A DNA stretch of 34,654 nucleotides from Sphaerodactylus townsendi (lineage: Eukaryota): contig NC_059439.1 of the NCBI RefSeq assembly GCF_021028975.2, positions 22,630,001 through 22,664,654 of the forward strand, written 5' to 3'. Numbering within the stretch: position 1 is the first letter of the stretch; each line of letters opens with the position of its first letter. Below are positions 11,802-22,354 of this stretch, piece after piece. A program made the position numbers and the translations under genes. The notes under the pieces were generated by a model. It saw only the letters and a list, made by a program, of their open reading frames with translations, searched no databases and was not told the DNA's origin.

Positions 11802-11978
11802 CAACGGTTCTTAACCTGGGGGTCGCAACCCCTTTGGGGGTTGAATGACCCTTTCACAGGGGTCGCCTAAGCCCATTGGAAAATGGTCTTTTATATTTTA
11901 TATATACCAATTTTATGATTGGGGTTCTCCACAACATGAGGAACTATATTAAAGGGTTAGGAAGGCTGAGAACCACTG
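11802..11978 (+). mobile_element. SPIN/URR1-like non-autonomous hAT MITE
   Basis: TIRs CAACGGTTCTTAACCT / AGGCTGAGAACCACTG. The internal GGGTCGCAACCCCTTTGGGGG..CCCTTTCACAGGGGTCGCCTAAG and CACAACATGAGGAACT match the URR1/SPIN_NA consensus as I recall it. An 8-bp TSD CACTAACC/CCCTAATC matches at 6/8. Confidence 0.85.
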
Positions 11979-11986
11979 CCCTAATC

Positions 11987-13589
11987 AGTTTTCAGTTTTA
12001 TTACGGCCATTAGGCCAGCAAAAAAGAGCAGAGAAGAACAAGAAAAAGGAGGAACAACAAACAAAAGAACAATCGAATTTGCACTGAAATCCACGATACA
12101 GAAATCCACACAAAAAATATCATCAGCTTGTAGCATTCTTACGGTCACCCTCATGTGGTCTGGCTCTTGGTCCCAACATGGTTCTTCTCTTACTATATGC
12201 CAGCATACAAAATTTAGCTACCTGCTGAGATATAAGAGAAACTCGGTCTTCCAGCAAAATTCTCACAAGAACTGAGTCGGAATTAACTCTAGTTAAATTT
12301 CTGTACTGGATAAACAATGGATGAATTAACGCCTCCCTTTCCCCTTTATGGAGTTCACAATGCAATAAAATATGTAATACAGAGTCCACTTCCCCTGAGT
12401 TGCAAACACATAGTCTCCTATGTCGTGGGATTTTTTGAAATCTGCCCATTAGATTGGCTGATGGAAAAGCGTCAAAACGGGCCCTTGAAAAGTCCCAGCG
12501 GCATTTCGTAGATGTTATATTGGACAGGTAAGGGGCAGCCGAGATACCTGTCCAAGATTTTAATGGTTTATATAACGCCGGTAACAAGGAGAAATCTGTT
12601 TGCATTTCAATATCATTGAGCCGTTGATAGACCAAGGCTGTTGCTCTGCAATGATCCAGTTCCAATAATTGTACAGGATCCAAACCACACTGTGTAAGTT
12701 TAAGTGTTATTTTTTCTAGCCAGCTTGGATATGGTGTTGCTGCCAGAAGCAAAGGCAATAAACCCATGGGATGGGAGAGGACTTTAAGCCAGTATTTGAT
12801 AATAAGCCTCCAAAAGGTTGTCTCAACTTTAACCAACCCTGCTTCTTGTCTTAAAACTACATTAGCTGTACATTTAGGAGTGTTAAAAAGAGCTCTGAGG
12901 AATGTGGATAGGACTCTCTCTAATAGAGTGAAATCCGAAATTATTGCCAATGGGGCTCCATAGGTGAGTTGTGCCAGGGATTTAGCTTCAAATAATCTAA
13001 TTGCCGCTGGAATAAATCCACCCCCTTGTGATCGAAAATATCTTAGGATTGCCTGTGAGCTCCTTTGTGCTGTGTGTATGGCTGTTTGTATATGGGCTGA
13101 GGGTTTTCCGTTGTACTGGAAAACCACACCTAGGTATTTGAAACACTTTATTTGTTCAATCTGATGACCTAACAACTGCCATTTCAGTTTCTTAAATTTG
13201 GCATTAAAATGCACTATCTTGGTCTTTGTGTAGTTGATACTTAGCTGTTCCTCTGTGCATATCTGAGCAAATATCTTCAGCGCTCTTTTTAGCCCCACTC
13301 TTGTCAATGATAATACAACAGCATCATCGGCATACATGAGAATGGCTATACTCTTATCAGCGGTAAGGATAGGTGCATGGGTATCTTTCTTATGAAACCC
13401 TGTTATTAATGTGTTAACATAAAAGTTAAACAAATGGGGTGCTAGAAGGCACCCTTGCCTTACACCTTTCTGAGTAGAGATGGGCGCCGTTAGATGACCT
13501 TTGTGTGAGAACCTTACCTGTATGGTCGTGTTCTCATGTAACTTGACAATTAAGTGGAGAAGGCGTCTATCGATATTAGGTTCTGCTAA
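11987..13589 (-). mobile_element. Young 5'-truncated RTE-X-like LINE with an uninterrupted 489-aa ORF2 remnant (12123..13592)
   Basis: Motifs GVRQGCLLAPHLFNFY, MYADD, FKYLG and LCVCNSGEVDSVLHILLHC. The 3' end is AATAAAACTGAAAACTGA. A 13-bp TSD CACTGCCCTAATC lies at 11974-11986 and 13590-13602. Confidence 0.9.
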
Positions 13590-15289
13590 CACTGCCCTAA
13601 TCTAATTAGAAACTAATACTAAGCTGCTATAAGCAAGGCTGAGCTAAAATCTAACTACACCTAACATGCTACATTACATTAGTTAAGTTAATTACCCACT
13701 AACTCTACATACATTATCTATAACAGTTAAAAACTACTACTATCCCACAGGTTATAGACAAAGACAATTAAATAACCAAAAGCGGGAGAAGGGGGACCAT
13801 GAGATCCACAGAAAATTCTTCAATACAGCCCCTCGTGCTCTCACCAACGGGCTGCTGTAGATGTAATTAAGAATAACTGGTAGATAGTAAATGTCAATAG
13901 CTAGGCACCTGGAAGGCACAGGAGAGTCAATGAGGGCCAGAAGAGGGCGCCAGTTGGTATCCAAGGGGGCTGCTGCCACCAGCCCCCTGTGCAGGTTTTT
14001 CCCTGCTGTGCCCCTCAATAATTTAGAAGCGTTTAGTTTTTTATTCATAACACCCTCAGCAGTAACCTAGAATTTCTTCCAATCTTTAATTAGTAGTTCA
14101 TTATATACATTTCACTGGAAATAATTTTCTTTTTTATCTCTCTAATCATCTCTCATGGGAACAGGTCACAATCTCTGATCATCAACCTGGTGCAAGGACA
14201 GATATTTGAGTAACCCTTTGGTAACATATTCTTTCTTTTTCTCATTAGCTAAAAAGGTAACAGCCAACTAAACTGTAAGATTTCAGCCCAAATAAAACAC
14301 CCACAACTGGATGCTGCTTACAGTTGATCTGCTTGGAGATTTTTAAGAAGGCATCCAACATACTTGAATATCTGGCTCTCCCTTCAGTTGAAGAAATCAA
14401 CTGTGTCCCACACTGTGATCTGAGAATGCAAGTGTAAGTAAATATGATCCTTGCTTGATGATACACTAGGCATTAGGCAAAGTTGAAATGTCTACGTTTT
14501 CAACTCTTATCTTTTTCCCATTTGTATTTTATGTTTGGTACCTTTTGATTTTTTTTTCAGTTATGATGAACTTGCTTTCCGAACTGCACTGTTATAATCT
14601 GTATGCACAGACTTTGTTTTGGTGATGCCTACCAAATTTGTTTGTCTCTTAATATCTTTTTTTGAAAAAAAAAACTGTAAAAGAATGAACAGGCATCTGA
14701 AGCAGCCAAAGAGTTGAAGTCTTCTATTTAAACACTACGAGGGTGGCAGCTATGTTTTTTAAAAAAGTTTTAGGAGCACTGATGGGATACAGGGGGGACT
14801 GCGCTTATGGCACAGTATGGAGCTGTTGCCCTAAAGGTGTTTATCCCAGACTATGGGTCAGTACCCAAAAGGGGATCGCAAACACTTTGAAAGTCGATCA
14901 TGGTTCAGCCCTTCCTATAATGGCTGCCCCTGCTCTTTCCACTGATCTCCTTTGTATCTTAAAAATCAAGATTTGACCTTAGAAACAGTATCTTCCATGT
15001 CATGTATTAGTTGCTCTTTCTTTTCTTGTGTGCATATATGTGTTGATCAAGTAAAATATGTCTTGATAACATCAACACATCTACCTCTGAAACAAATCTA
15101 AATGGTTACTCCCTTTAAGTCTATGTGCTTCCGTGGACGTCAAAAGACTTAGGAGAATGTAACCCTAAATAAGATTGCACTGTTCCTGTAAAAATCAGCC
15201 TTATCATTCCTTCATGATATTGAACCAGAGCATAGGAAGGATTCTTATGTTATGCAAACTGGGGAAAGCTAAGTCCAAATATGTGAGGT

Positions 15290-15745
15290 TGTGAGGCGAT
15301 TGACATTAGTAGTTGTCACTTGCTCGCATGCAGAGATACTGAAACTGACAGCATTGTGGTCGCTGTTCCCTATCGACTCAACAATACTGACTTCTCATAC
15401 CAGGTCCTGGGTCTCACGTAGAATAAGATCTAGAATCACCTCTCCCCTGGTTGATTCCACAACCATCTGCTCTAAGCCACAGTCATTTAGCATATCCAGG
15501 AATGCTCTCTCCTTACTATGACCTGAATATGCATTTTTCCAGTTTATGTGGGGATAGTTGAAATCATCCATTACCACTACGTTTTTGCTTTTGTTGGCCT
15601 CTAATTTCTTTTTCCATCTCAGAATCCTCTTGTATGCTTTGGTCAGGGGAATGATAATATATTCCTAATATTAGACTATCCTTCACACCTGATATTGATA
15701 TCCACAGTGCTTCTGTCAGGGAATCAGCTCCCCTTGCATTGTCTA
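15290..15745 (-). mobile_element. CR1 LINE endonuclease fragment
   Basis: VVMDDFNYPHINW...FLDMLNDCGLEQMVVESTRGEVILDLIL, followed by SDHNAVSF. Confidence 0.85.
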
Positions 15746-15924
15746 AGATCTCATATACTTGCAGAAGTATAGTTGTTCAACTAAACCAGTGTTCTCTAAA
15801 TATTCAGAGGGGAATCACCACTAGCTTCAGGAATATCAGTGCTTCCTGAAGCAATCATGGATGGAATATTCATATATCTGAAATAATAATAACAACAACT
15901 ATGGATATGAATTAGGAAGCTAAC

Positions 15925-16590
15925 ACCCTTATATAAAGCAGTGGTGCGACCGCACTTGGAGTACTGTGTTCAGTTCTGGTCACCACATCTCAAAAAGGAT
16001 ATCGAAGAAATAGAAAAAGTGCAGAGAAGGTCAACGAGGATTACTGAAGGATTGGAGCACCTTCCTTATGAGGAGAGGCTGCAACATTTGGGACTCTTTA
16101 GTTTGGAGAGGAGACGTCTGAGGGAGGATATGATTGAAGTCTATAAAATTATGCATGGGGTAGAAAATGTTGACACAGAGAAATTTTTCTTTCTTTCTCA
16201 CAATGCTAAAACCAGGGGGCATACATTGAAAATGTGGGAGGAAGAATTAGGACTAATAAAAGGAAACATTTCTTCACTCAACATGTGATTGGTGTTTGGA
16301 ATATGCTGTCACAGGAGGCGGTGATGGCCACTAACCTGGATAGCTTTAAAAGGGGCTTAGACAGATTTTTGGAGGAGAAGTCGATCTATGGCTCCCAATC
16401 TTGATCCTCCTTGATCTGAGATTGCAAATGCCTTAGCAGACCAGGTGCTTGGGAGCAACAACAACAGAAGGCCATTGCTTTCACATCCTGCAGGTGAGCT
16501 CCCAAAGGCACCTGGTGGGCCACTGCGAGTAACAGAGTGCTGGACTAGATGGACTCTGGTCTGATCCAGCAGGCTCGTTTTTATGTTCTT
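15925..16590 (+). mobile_element. CR1 LINE 3' end (5'-truncated)
   Basis: LYKAVVRPHLEYCVQFWSPHLKKDI..EKVQRR...LGLFSLERRRLR. The 3' UTR has GCTGGACTAGATGGAC..TGGTCTGATCCAGC and a TTATGTTCTT tail. A possible TSD TAACACCC lies at 15921-15928 and 16590-16597. Confidence 0.92.
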
Positions 16591-16774
16591 AACACCCAGT
16601 GAAGTTGTCTTAATACCTTATCTGAGCAAGCAATTAATATGTTGTCTAAGTATGTTGAGTTTGATGCGAACTTCACATGTAGCCACACCTATTACATTTC
16701 TAATATCAAGTACAGAGTCATCCTAAAGTCATCCCCCCCCCAAAAAAATAGTACTTAGAAAACAGAGAGGGAAG

Positions 16775-16962
16775 GCAGCATGGCATATTTGATCTCATTC
16801 GATCTTGGAAGCTAAGCAGGGTTGGTCCTTGAAAGAGAAACAACCAAGGAAGACTCTACAGAGTATAAGACATCAACCATATCCTTCTGCTTTTCATTTG
16901 TTTTGAAAAAACCCTTCTGAGGTTGCCATAAATCAGCTGTGACTTGACCACAGTTTACATAC
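16775..16962 (+). mobile_element. 5S rRNA-derived SINE (5S-Sauria-like), decayed
   Basis: GATCTCATTCGATCTTGGAAGCTAAGCAGGGTTGGTCC matches the 5S rRNA box A region. The 3' end GGTTGCCATAAATCAGCTGTGACTTGAC resembles the Sauria/BovB-type tail. Confidence 0.7.
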
Positions 16963-17020
16963 ACCCAAAGAAAAAGGAATGTCTTATGCTTTATGCTCTT
17001 TGTCTCTCCAAAGTTTTTCT

Positions 17021-17135
17021 CACTTCCATTGATTCCCCACTTCTTTTGATTTGATTGACTTCCATTGATTCCCCACTTCCATTTGATTCCCCACTTCCAT
17101 TGATTCCCCATTGATTACCCCCATTGATTCTCCAC
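17021..17135. repeat. Short imperfect tandem repeat, unit ~CACTTCCATTGATTCCC
   Basis: CCATTGATT occurs five times, with further variant units. Confidence 0.8.
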
Positions 17136-17367
17136 TTTTCTTCTAGACCCACTTCAGGTATTTCCAAACCACACTGGAAATGCAGCAAAGGCATAAGTTC
17201 TACTGTGCAAATATTTTTCAGGATGGAGTCCTTAGAATTTATCCCACTTATTGGAATGTTCAAAAGCACAACAAACTTTTACAAATGTATGGAAGTTTAA
17301 CTCGAAATGCTACTAATGAACTTCTGTATGAATTACAAAAAAAATGTTTTTTGTTTGCAGGCCAAGT

Positions 17368-18309
17368 ATGGAGGCACGAAATCAAAGCAAGCTGACAGAA
17401 TTCATCATCCTCGGCTTTAAAAATCTCCAGGAGGAACATTTCTTATTCTTCAGTGGCTTTTTAATTATCTATGCATTTACTGTGTTGTGGAATACTTTCA
17501 TCATTATCTTAACCATGATTGACCAGACACTCAGAACCCCTATGTATTTCTTCCTTGGCAACCTCTCTTTTCTTGACATCTGCTACACAACCACCACAAT
17601 TCCCCAGATGTTGGCCCACCTTCTCTCAGAGAAAAGTAGCATCTCCTATTTGGGCTGTGTATTCCAACTGTATTTTTTCTTCTCCTTTGTGGGGACAGAA
17701 TGCCTTCTTCTGGCAGTGATGGCATTTGACCGCTATATTGCCATCTGCAAACCTCTGCGTTACTCTTTGATCATCAGCAGAAATGTTTGCCTCCAACTAG
17801 CCACAGTCAGTTGGGTTGGTGGTTTCCTCAACTCTGCAGTGCACACTGTCTTTGCTTTTCAACTGCCTTTCTGTGGGAACAATCACCTTGATTCTTTTTA
17901 CTGTGACATTCCCCCTTTGCTGAAGTTGTCGTGTGGTGACATTTCCCTCAACCAAATGCTGTTGCTATTCATTGGCTTGTTCATAGCATGGACACCCCTT
18001 TTCTGTATAATTGTATCTTACATTTTCATCATTTCAACAGTTCTAAAGATTCAGTCCACAGAAGGAAGACAAAAGGCTTTCTCTACTTGCTCCTCTCATC
18101 TCACTGTTGTACTTCTGTATTATGGCAGTTGTATTTTCACCTATTTGAGACCCATTCCCACTGGGTCATCAGTTAATACCAAACTCATCCCTCTCATGTA
18201 TAGCATTCTGACTCCATTGCTAAACCCTATTATATACACTTTGCGCAATAAGGATGTAAAGAAAACCTGGCAAAGGTTTACTTGTCTGTGGCAGGCACAA
18301 ATGGTTTGA
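17368..18309 (+). CDS. Olfactory receptor, class II, OR5V1-like (313 aa)
   Basis: Motifs [45 protein letters not shown] and [14 protein letters not shown], plus OR5V1-type GFLNS.VHT and FIAWTP. A splice acceptor TTTTTGTTTGCAG ends at 17360, so ATG 17368 is preferred over 17344. AATAAA lies at 18311. Confidence 0.95.
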   Translation: MEARNQSKLTEFIILGFKNLQEEHFLFFSGFLIIYAFTVLWNTFIIILTMIDQTLRTPMYFFLGNLSFLDICYTTTTIPQMLAHLLSEKSSISYLGCVFQLYFFFSFVGTECLLLAVMAFDRYIAICKPLRYSLIISRNVCLQLATVSWVGGFLNSAVHTVFAFQLPFCGNNHLDSFYCDIPPLLKLSCGDISLNQMLLLFIGLFIAWTPLFCIIVSYIFIISTVLKIQSTEGRQKAFSTCSSHLTVVLLYYGSCIFTYLRPIPTGSSVNTKLIPLMYSILTPLLNPIIYTLRNKDVKKTWQRFTCLWQAQMV

Positions 18310-18844
18310 AAATAAAGCTAGAAGCCCCAGACTTTAGGGTTGGTCAATACCAGCCAGATTCGTTCCAATTTGGATTCGGCCCAGATTTGGATCAATGGGT
18401 TCGGATTGGCTGAATTCCGAACCTTGCAGATTTGGACTGGGCCAAATCTGTGGGAAAATCCGGGAATTTTGGGTGTTTTTTTATTTTTGGGTGTTTTTCC
18501 ACGTTTCGGCCTGCAGGGGGCACATTTTTTGACATATCGGCACCAAAATTTTGGGGTAACATTAGGAGACTGTCCTTATGCTACCCCCCACATTTGGTAA
18601 GGTTTGGATCACAGGGGCCAAAGCTATGGACCTTCAAAGGGGGTGCCCCATCCCCCATTGTTTCCAATGGGAACTAAGGAGATTGGGGCTACCCCTTTGA
18701 AGGTCCATAACTTTGGCCCCCCTGATCCAAACTTCACCAAACTTGGGGGGTAGCATAAGGACAGTTTCCTGATGATACCCTGAAATTGTGGTGCCAATAT
18801 GTCAAAAATGCGCCCCCTGCAGGCATCCCCAGAAATTTGTCCAA

Positions 18845-19360
18845 GGCCATTTCCGCATGGGCAGAAAATGACGGCCTGGAGACGGTAAAAACGCCGTCTC
18901 CAGGCCGCCATTCGCACAGGGGGCACAGCTGCAGCGCAGCCGCGCCGCCCTCGCGCCGCCCGGCCGGCCCGAAGCCGGCGTATTCACAGAGCGCTGGAAA
19001 GCGCTCTTTTAGGGAATACGCCGCAGTGAAGCCACTGCCGAGTGAACAGCAGTGGCTACACGCCGCCTCCCCCGCCCGGCACTTACCTTGTCCCTGGGCC
19101 TCCGGCGCGTCGCCGAGGCCTGGGGACACGCCCCCCTGGCCTGCGCCGCTGGAGCAGGCGTGCAGGGCCAGGGGGGCGTGTCCCCAGGCCTCGGCGACGC
19201 GCCGGAGGCCCAGGGACACGCCGGGTCGGCCGGGCGCCGGCGCTCCGCAGCGCCGGCATCCCACCTCTTCCCGGGACCATCCGTGCAGACAGTCCCAGCG
19301 TCTTCGGGTCAGCGCGCAATGCGCCGACCCAGCCGTTTCCACCGCCGTGCGGAAACGGCC
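18845..19360. mobile_element. PIF/Harbinger-type MITE, CpG-rich
   Basis: TIR GGCCATTTCCGCATGG / CCGTGCGGAAACGGCC with a 3-bp TSD CAA. The empty linker (AAATTTGTCCAAGATTCT) is visible at ~20507-20524. Confidence 0.82.
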
Positions 19361-20885
19361 CAACATTCTTTGTTCTACATTTACACAATCCATTGCTGTC
19401 AATGGGGAATTTCTGGGGGTGCCTGCAGGGGGTGCATTCTTAAGGCTAGCAGCACCAGACTTTCAGGGTATCACCTGGAGACTCTCCTGATGACACCCCC
19501 CAAGTTTGGTGAAGTTTGGATCAGGGGGACCAAAGTTATGGACCCTCAAAAGGGGTGCCCCATCCCCCATTATTTCCAATGGGAGCTAATAGGAGATGTG
19601 GTTACACCTTTGAGGGTCCATAACTTTGGCCCCCTGATCCAAACTTCACCAAACCTGGGTAGTATCATCAGGAAAGTCCCCAAATGATACCCTGAAAGTT
19701 TGGTGCTGCTAGCTTTAAAAATTCTGGTTTGTGTTTTTCACTGCTCACTCACTCCAGCAGGCTTTATGTGGAGGAGGGGTGAAAAACACAAACCAGAATT
19801 TTAAAGCTAGCAGCACCAAACTTTCAGGGTATCATCTGGAGACTCTCCTGATGATAGATGGCCTTGGTGCTTTGATGAAGCCGGATCATGGGGGCCTGTG
19901 CTATGGACTCCCCAAGCGGCAGCCACCATTTTCTATTAGCTCCCATTGGGAAACAAGGTGTGATGGGGCACCCCCTTTGGGAGTCCAGTACTTTTGGCCC
20001 CATGATCCAAACTTCAATTAACGTGGGGGGCATCATCAGGACAGTCTCCAGATGATGCCCCGAAGGTTTCCATGCCGTTGGGGCCTTAAGAATGCCTCCC
20101 CTGCAGGCACCCCCAGAAATTTCCCATTGACAGCAATGGATCAGTAGATGTAGAACAAAGCATCTTGGACAAATTAAGGTGCCTGGCAGGGAGCACATTT
20201 TTGACATATTGGCACTGGCGAAATTTCAGGGTATTTCATCAGGAGACTGTTCCGATGATACCCCCCAAAGTTTGGTGCAGTTTGGTTCAGGGGAGCCAAA
20301 GTTATGGACTTTCAAAAGTGTAGCCCCCATCCCCTATCAGCTCCCATTGGAAACAATGGGGGATAGGGACACCCATTTTGAGGGTCCATACCTGAACCAA
20401 ACTACATAAAGCTAGGTGGGTATCATCAGGGCAGTCACCTGATGATACTCTGATAATTTGGTGCCTATACATCTAAAAATGCGGCCCCTTGTAGCTATAT
20501 TCTCTGAAATTTGTCCAAGATTCTCTTTGTACTGTGCAGCATTCTTCTGTTGTATTGTTGGTCAATAGGGAATTAGCTGGTGGAGGGCTGTGAGGTGCAC
20601 ATTTCTCAAGGTACAGTCACAGTCTTTCAGGGCATCTTCAGGGAGAGTCTCTGGATGACACTGATCCGCCTTTGGGGAACTTTGCTTCAGGGGGTTCAAT
20701 TCTATGGGACCCCAAAAGGGTAGGGCTCATCTCCCACTGCCCCCTGAAGCAAAGTTCCCCAAACCTGGATGGTGTCATCCAGAGACTTTCCTGAAGATAC
20801 CCTGAAAGTTTTGTGGGTTTATCATGAGAAATGTGTACTCCACAGCCCTCTATCAGAAATTCCCCATTGACAGCAATGCAGCTAA

Positions 20886-21325
20886 GGCCGTTTCCGCACG
20901 GCCCTTTTATGGCGCCCTGGGGACGGCAAAAACACCATTCCCAGGGAGCCATTCGCACAGGCGGCGCTGCTGCAATGCAGCAGCGCCGTAATTCGGCTTC
21001 GGCCTCTTCCCCCAGGTGTGGCTGCATCAGGTCACTTCAAAAAAAACCAACTCCTTTAGCTAGGGTTGTTTTTGCTCCAACAACGTGTGTTCCCGGTGGT
21101 GTGGTGCTGAACGGCACCACCGGGAACACGTTGTTTCCCTTCCCTTTCCCACTCACCTTGTCCCCGTCATCAGCCTGCTGGCCTCCGAAGCCCCTCCCTC
21201 ACTGTCCTCCGACTTGGAGGCCGCTTGATGTCACACACACTTCTACATATATATTAACGTTTTCCACCCCCAATGCAGAATTCTTGCTGGCGTGGGGGCG
21301 CCTGGGGGGCTGTGCGGAAATGGCC
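20886..21325. mobile_element. PIF/Harbinger-type MITE, related subfamily
   Basis: TIR GGCCGTTTCCGCAC / GTGCGGAAATGGCC with a 3-bp TSD TAA at 20883-20885 and 21326-21328. Confidence 0.85.
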
Positions 21326-21997
21326 TAAGTCACTGCAGAACAAAGAATCTTGGACAAATTTCTGGGGGTGCCTGCAGGGGGTGCATTTGTAGATGTATCG
21401 GTACCATAATTTCAGGGTATAATCAGGGGACTGTTCTGATGCTACCCCCCAAGTTTGGTGTAGTTTGGTTCAGGGGGGGCAAAGTTATTGACCCTCAAAA
21501 GGGTAGCCCTCATCTCCTTAGCTCCAATTGGAAAGAATGGGGGATAGGGGCACCCCTTTTGAGGGTCCATAACTTTGGCCCCCCTGAACCAAACTACATC
21601 AAACTTGGGGGTAGCATCAGAACAGTCCCCTGATGATACCCTGAAAGTTTGGTACCGATATGTTTAAAAATGCGCTCCCTGCAGGCCAAAACACGAAAAA
21701 ACCACCAAAAAATAAAAAAAACCAGTTCACAGGTGATCCTATTAGAAGTAGGATGGGATTCGGATAGCCATGATCTTCGGCCCCTGCTCGCCTAGAAACT
21801 GTCCGGGACCAAAGCAGATTCGGTCAAAATCCAGATTCGGACTGTCCGAATCTCCAACCCTGAGGCTTCAGGATTACTGTGTGAGATGCAGTACTAAACA
21901 TGAAGGATATCAGAACATGTTGGCTTACACCATCTCCACAGTACCCACTAAACAATATTTTGCTTTGGAAGCTCTGGTTCCCTCAGGAAGGTATAAC

Positions 21998-22114
21998 CAG
22001 TGGTGGGATTCAAATAATTTAACAACTGATTCCAGTGGTGGGATTCAGAGAATTTAACAATGGGTTGTTTACACACACCATTTTAACAACCGATTCTGCT
22101 GAATCCCACCACTG
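21998..22114. mobile_element. Tiny hAT MITE with duplicated left terminus
   Basis: A perfect 15-bp TIR CAGTGGTGGGATTCA / TGAATCCCACCACTG, with a second left TIR at 22033. An 8-bp TSD GGTATAAC/GGTTTAAA matches at 6/8. Confidence 0.8.
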
Positions 22115-22169
22115 GGTTTAAATAATCAGAAAATACAGTAAATAATTTATACGTCTGCCACCAGCTTCA

Positions 22170-22258
22170 GGCCCCTTCCGCACATGGAAAATAATGCACA
22201 TTCAATCCACTTTCTCAATTGTTTGAAAGTGGATTTTGCTATTCCGCACAGTAAAATG
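22170..22258. mobile_element. Harbinger-like MITE terminal fragment
   Basis: Begins GGCCCCTTCCGCACA, similar to the TIRs above. No right end was found. Confidence 0.45.
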
Positions 22259-22354
22259 ATCATGGAGGCTGCAATGCCTCAGTGAAGGGAATCTGAACAT
22301 TCTTCCCAAGGCTGCAGTGATGAATTATCACCCCCTTGCTATTCCACCACACCA

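Larger units (their letters stand above)
18335..21862. mobile_element. Large non-autonomous DNA transposon (hAT-like ends) built from six internal palindromic modules
   Basis: TIR TAGGGTTGG / CCAACCCTG with clustered GATTCGG/CCGAA subterminal motifs at both ends. Flanks are AGACTT / AGGCTT. An inner inverted repeat pairs ~18470-18520 with ~21675-21722. No transposase ORF is present. Confidence 0.7.

Noticed and set aside
15290-16590. Opposed CR1 fragments as one twin-primed inverted insertion
   Set aside because: They are separated by ~180 bp of unrelated sequence, the plus fragment has its own candidate TSD, and no shared outer TSD was found.
16791-16830. 5S rRNA gene
   Set aside because: The match is partial and diverged, lacks box C, and is fused to a SINE tail.
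17310-17320. TAATGA homeodomain motif and scattered O/E-like sites as an OR enhancer
   Set aside because: These short motifs are expected by chance, and no composite Lhx2/Ebf arrangement was seen.
17344-17367. Upstream ATG extending the OR by MFFVCRPS
   Set aside because: It lies in the polypyrimidine tract and acceptor (TTTGCAG). The paralog starts at the position equivalent to 17368.
18734-19687. Several 130-234 aa overlapping ORFs on both strands
   Set aside because: They are by-products of the GC-rich palindromic MITE, which has few stop codons, and they show no protein motifs.
18509-21686. CRISPR-like repeat-spacer array
   Set aside because: The context is eukaryotic, the units are ~300-bp palindromes with homologous rather than unique linkers, and there are no cas genes.
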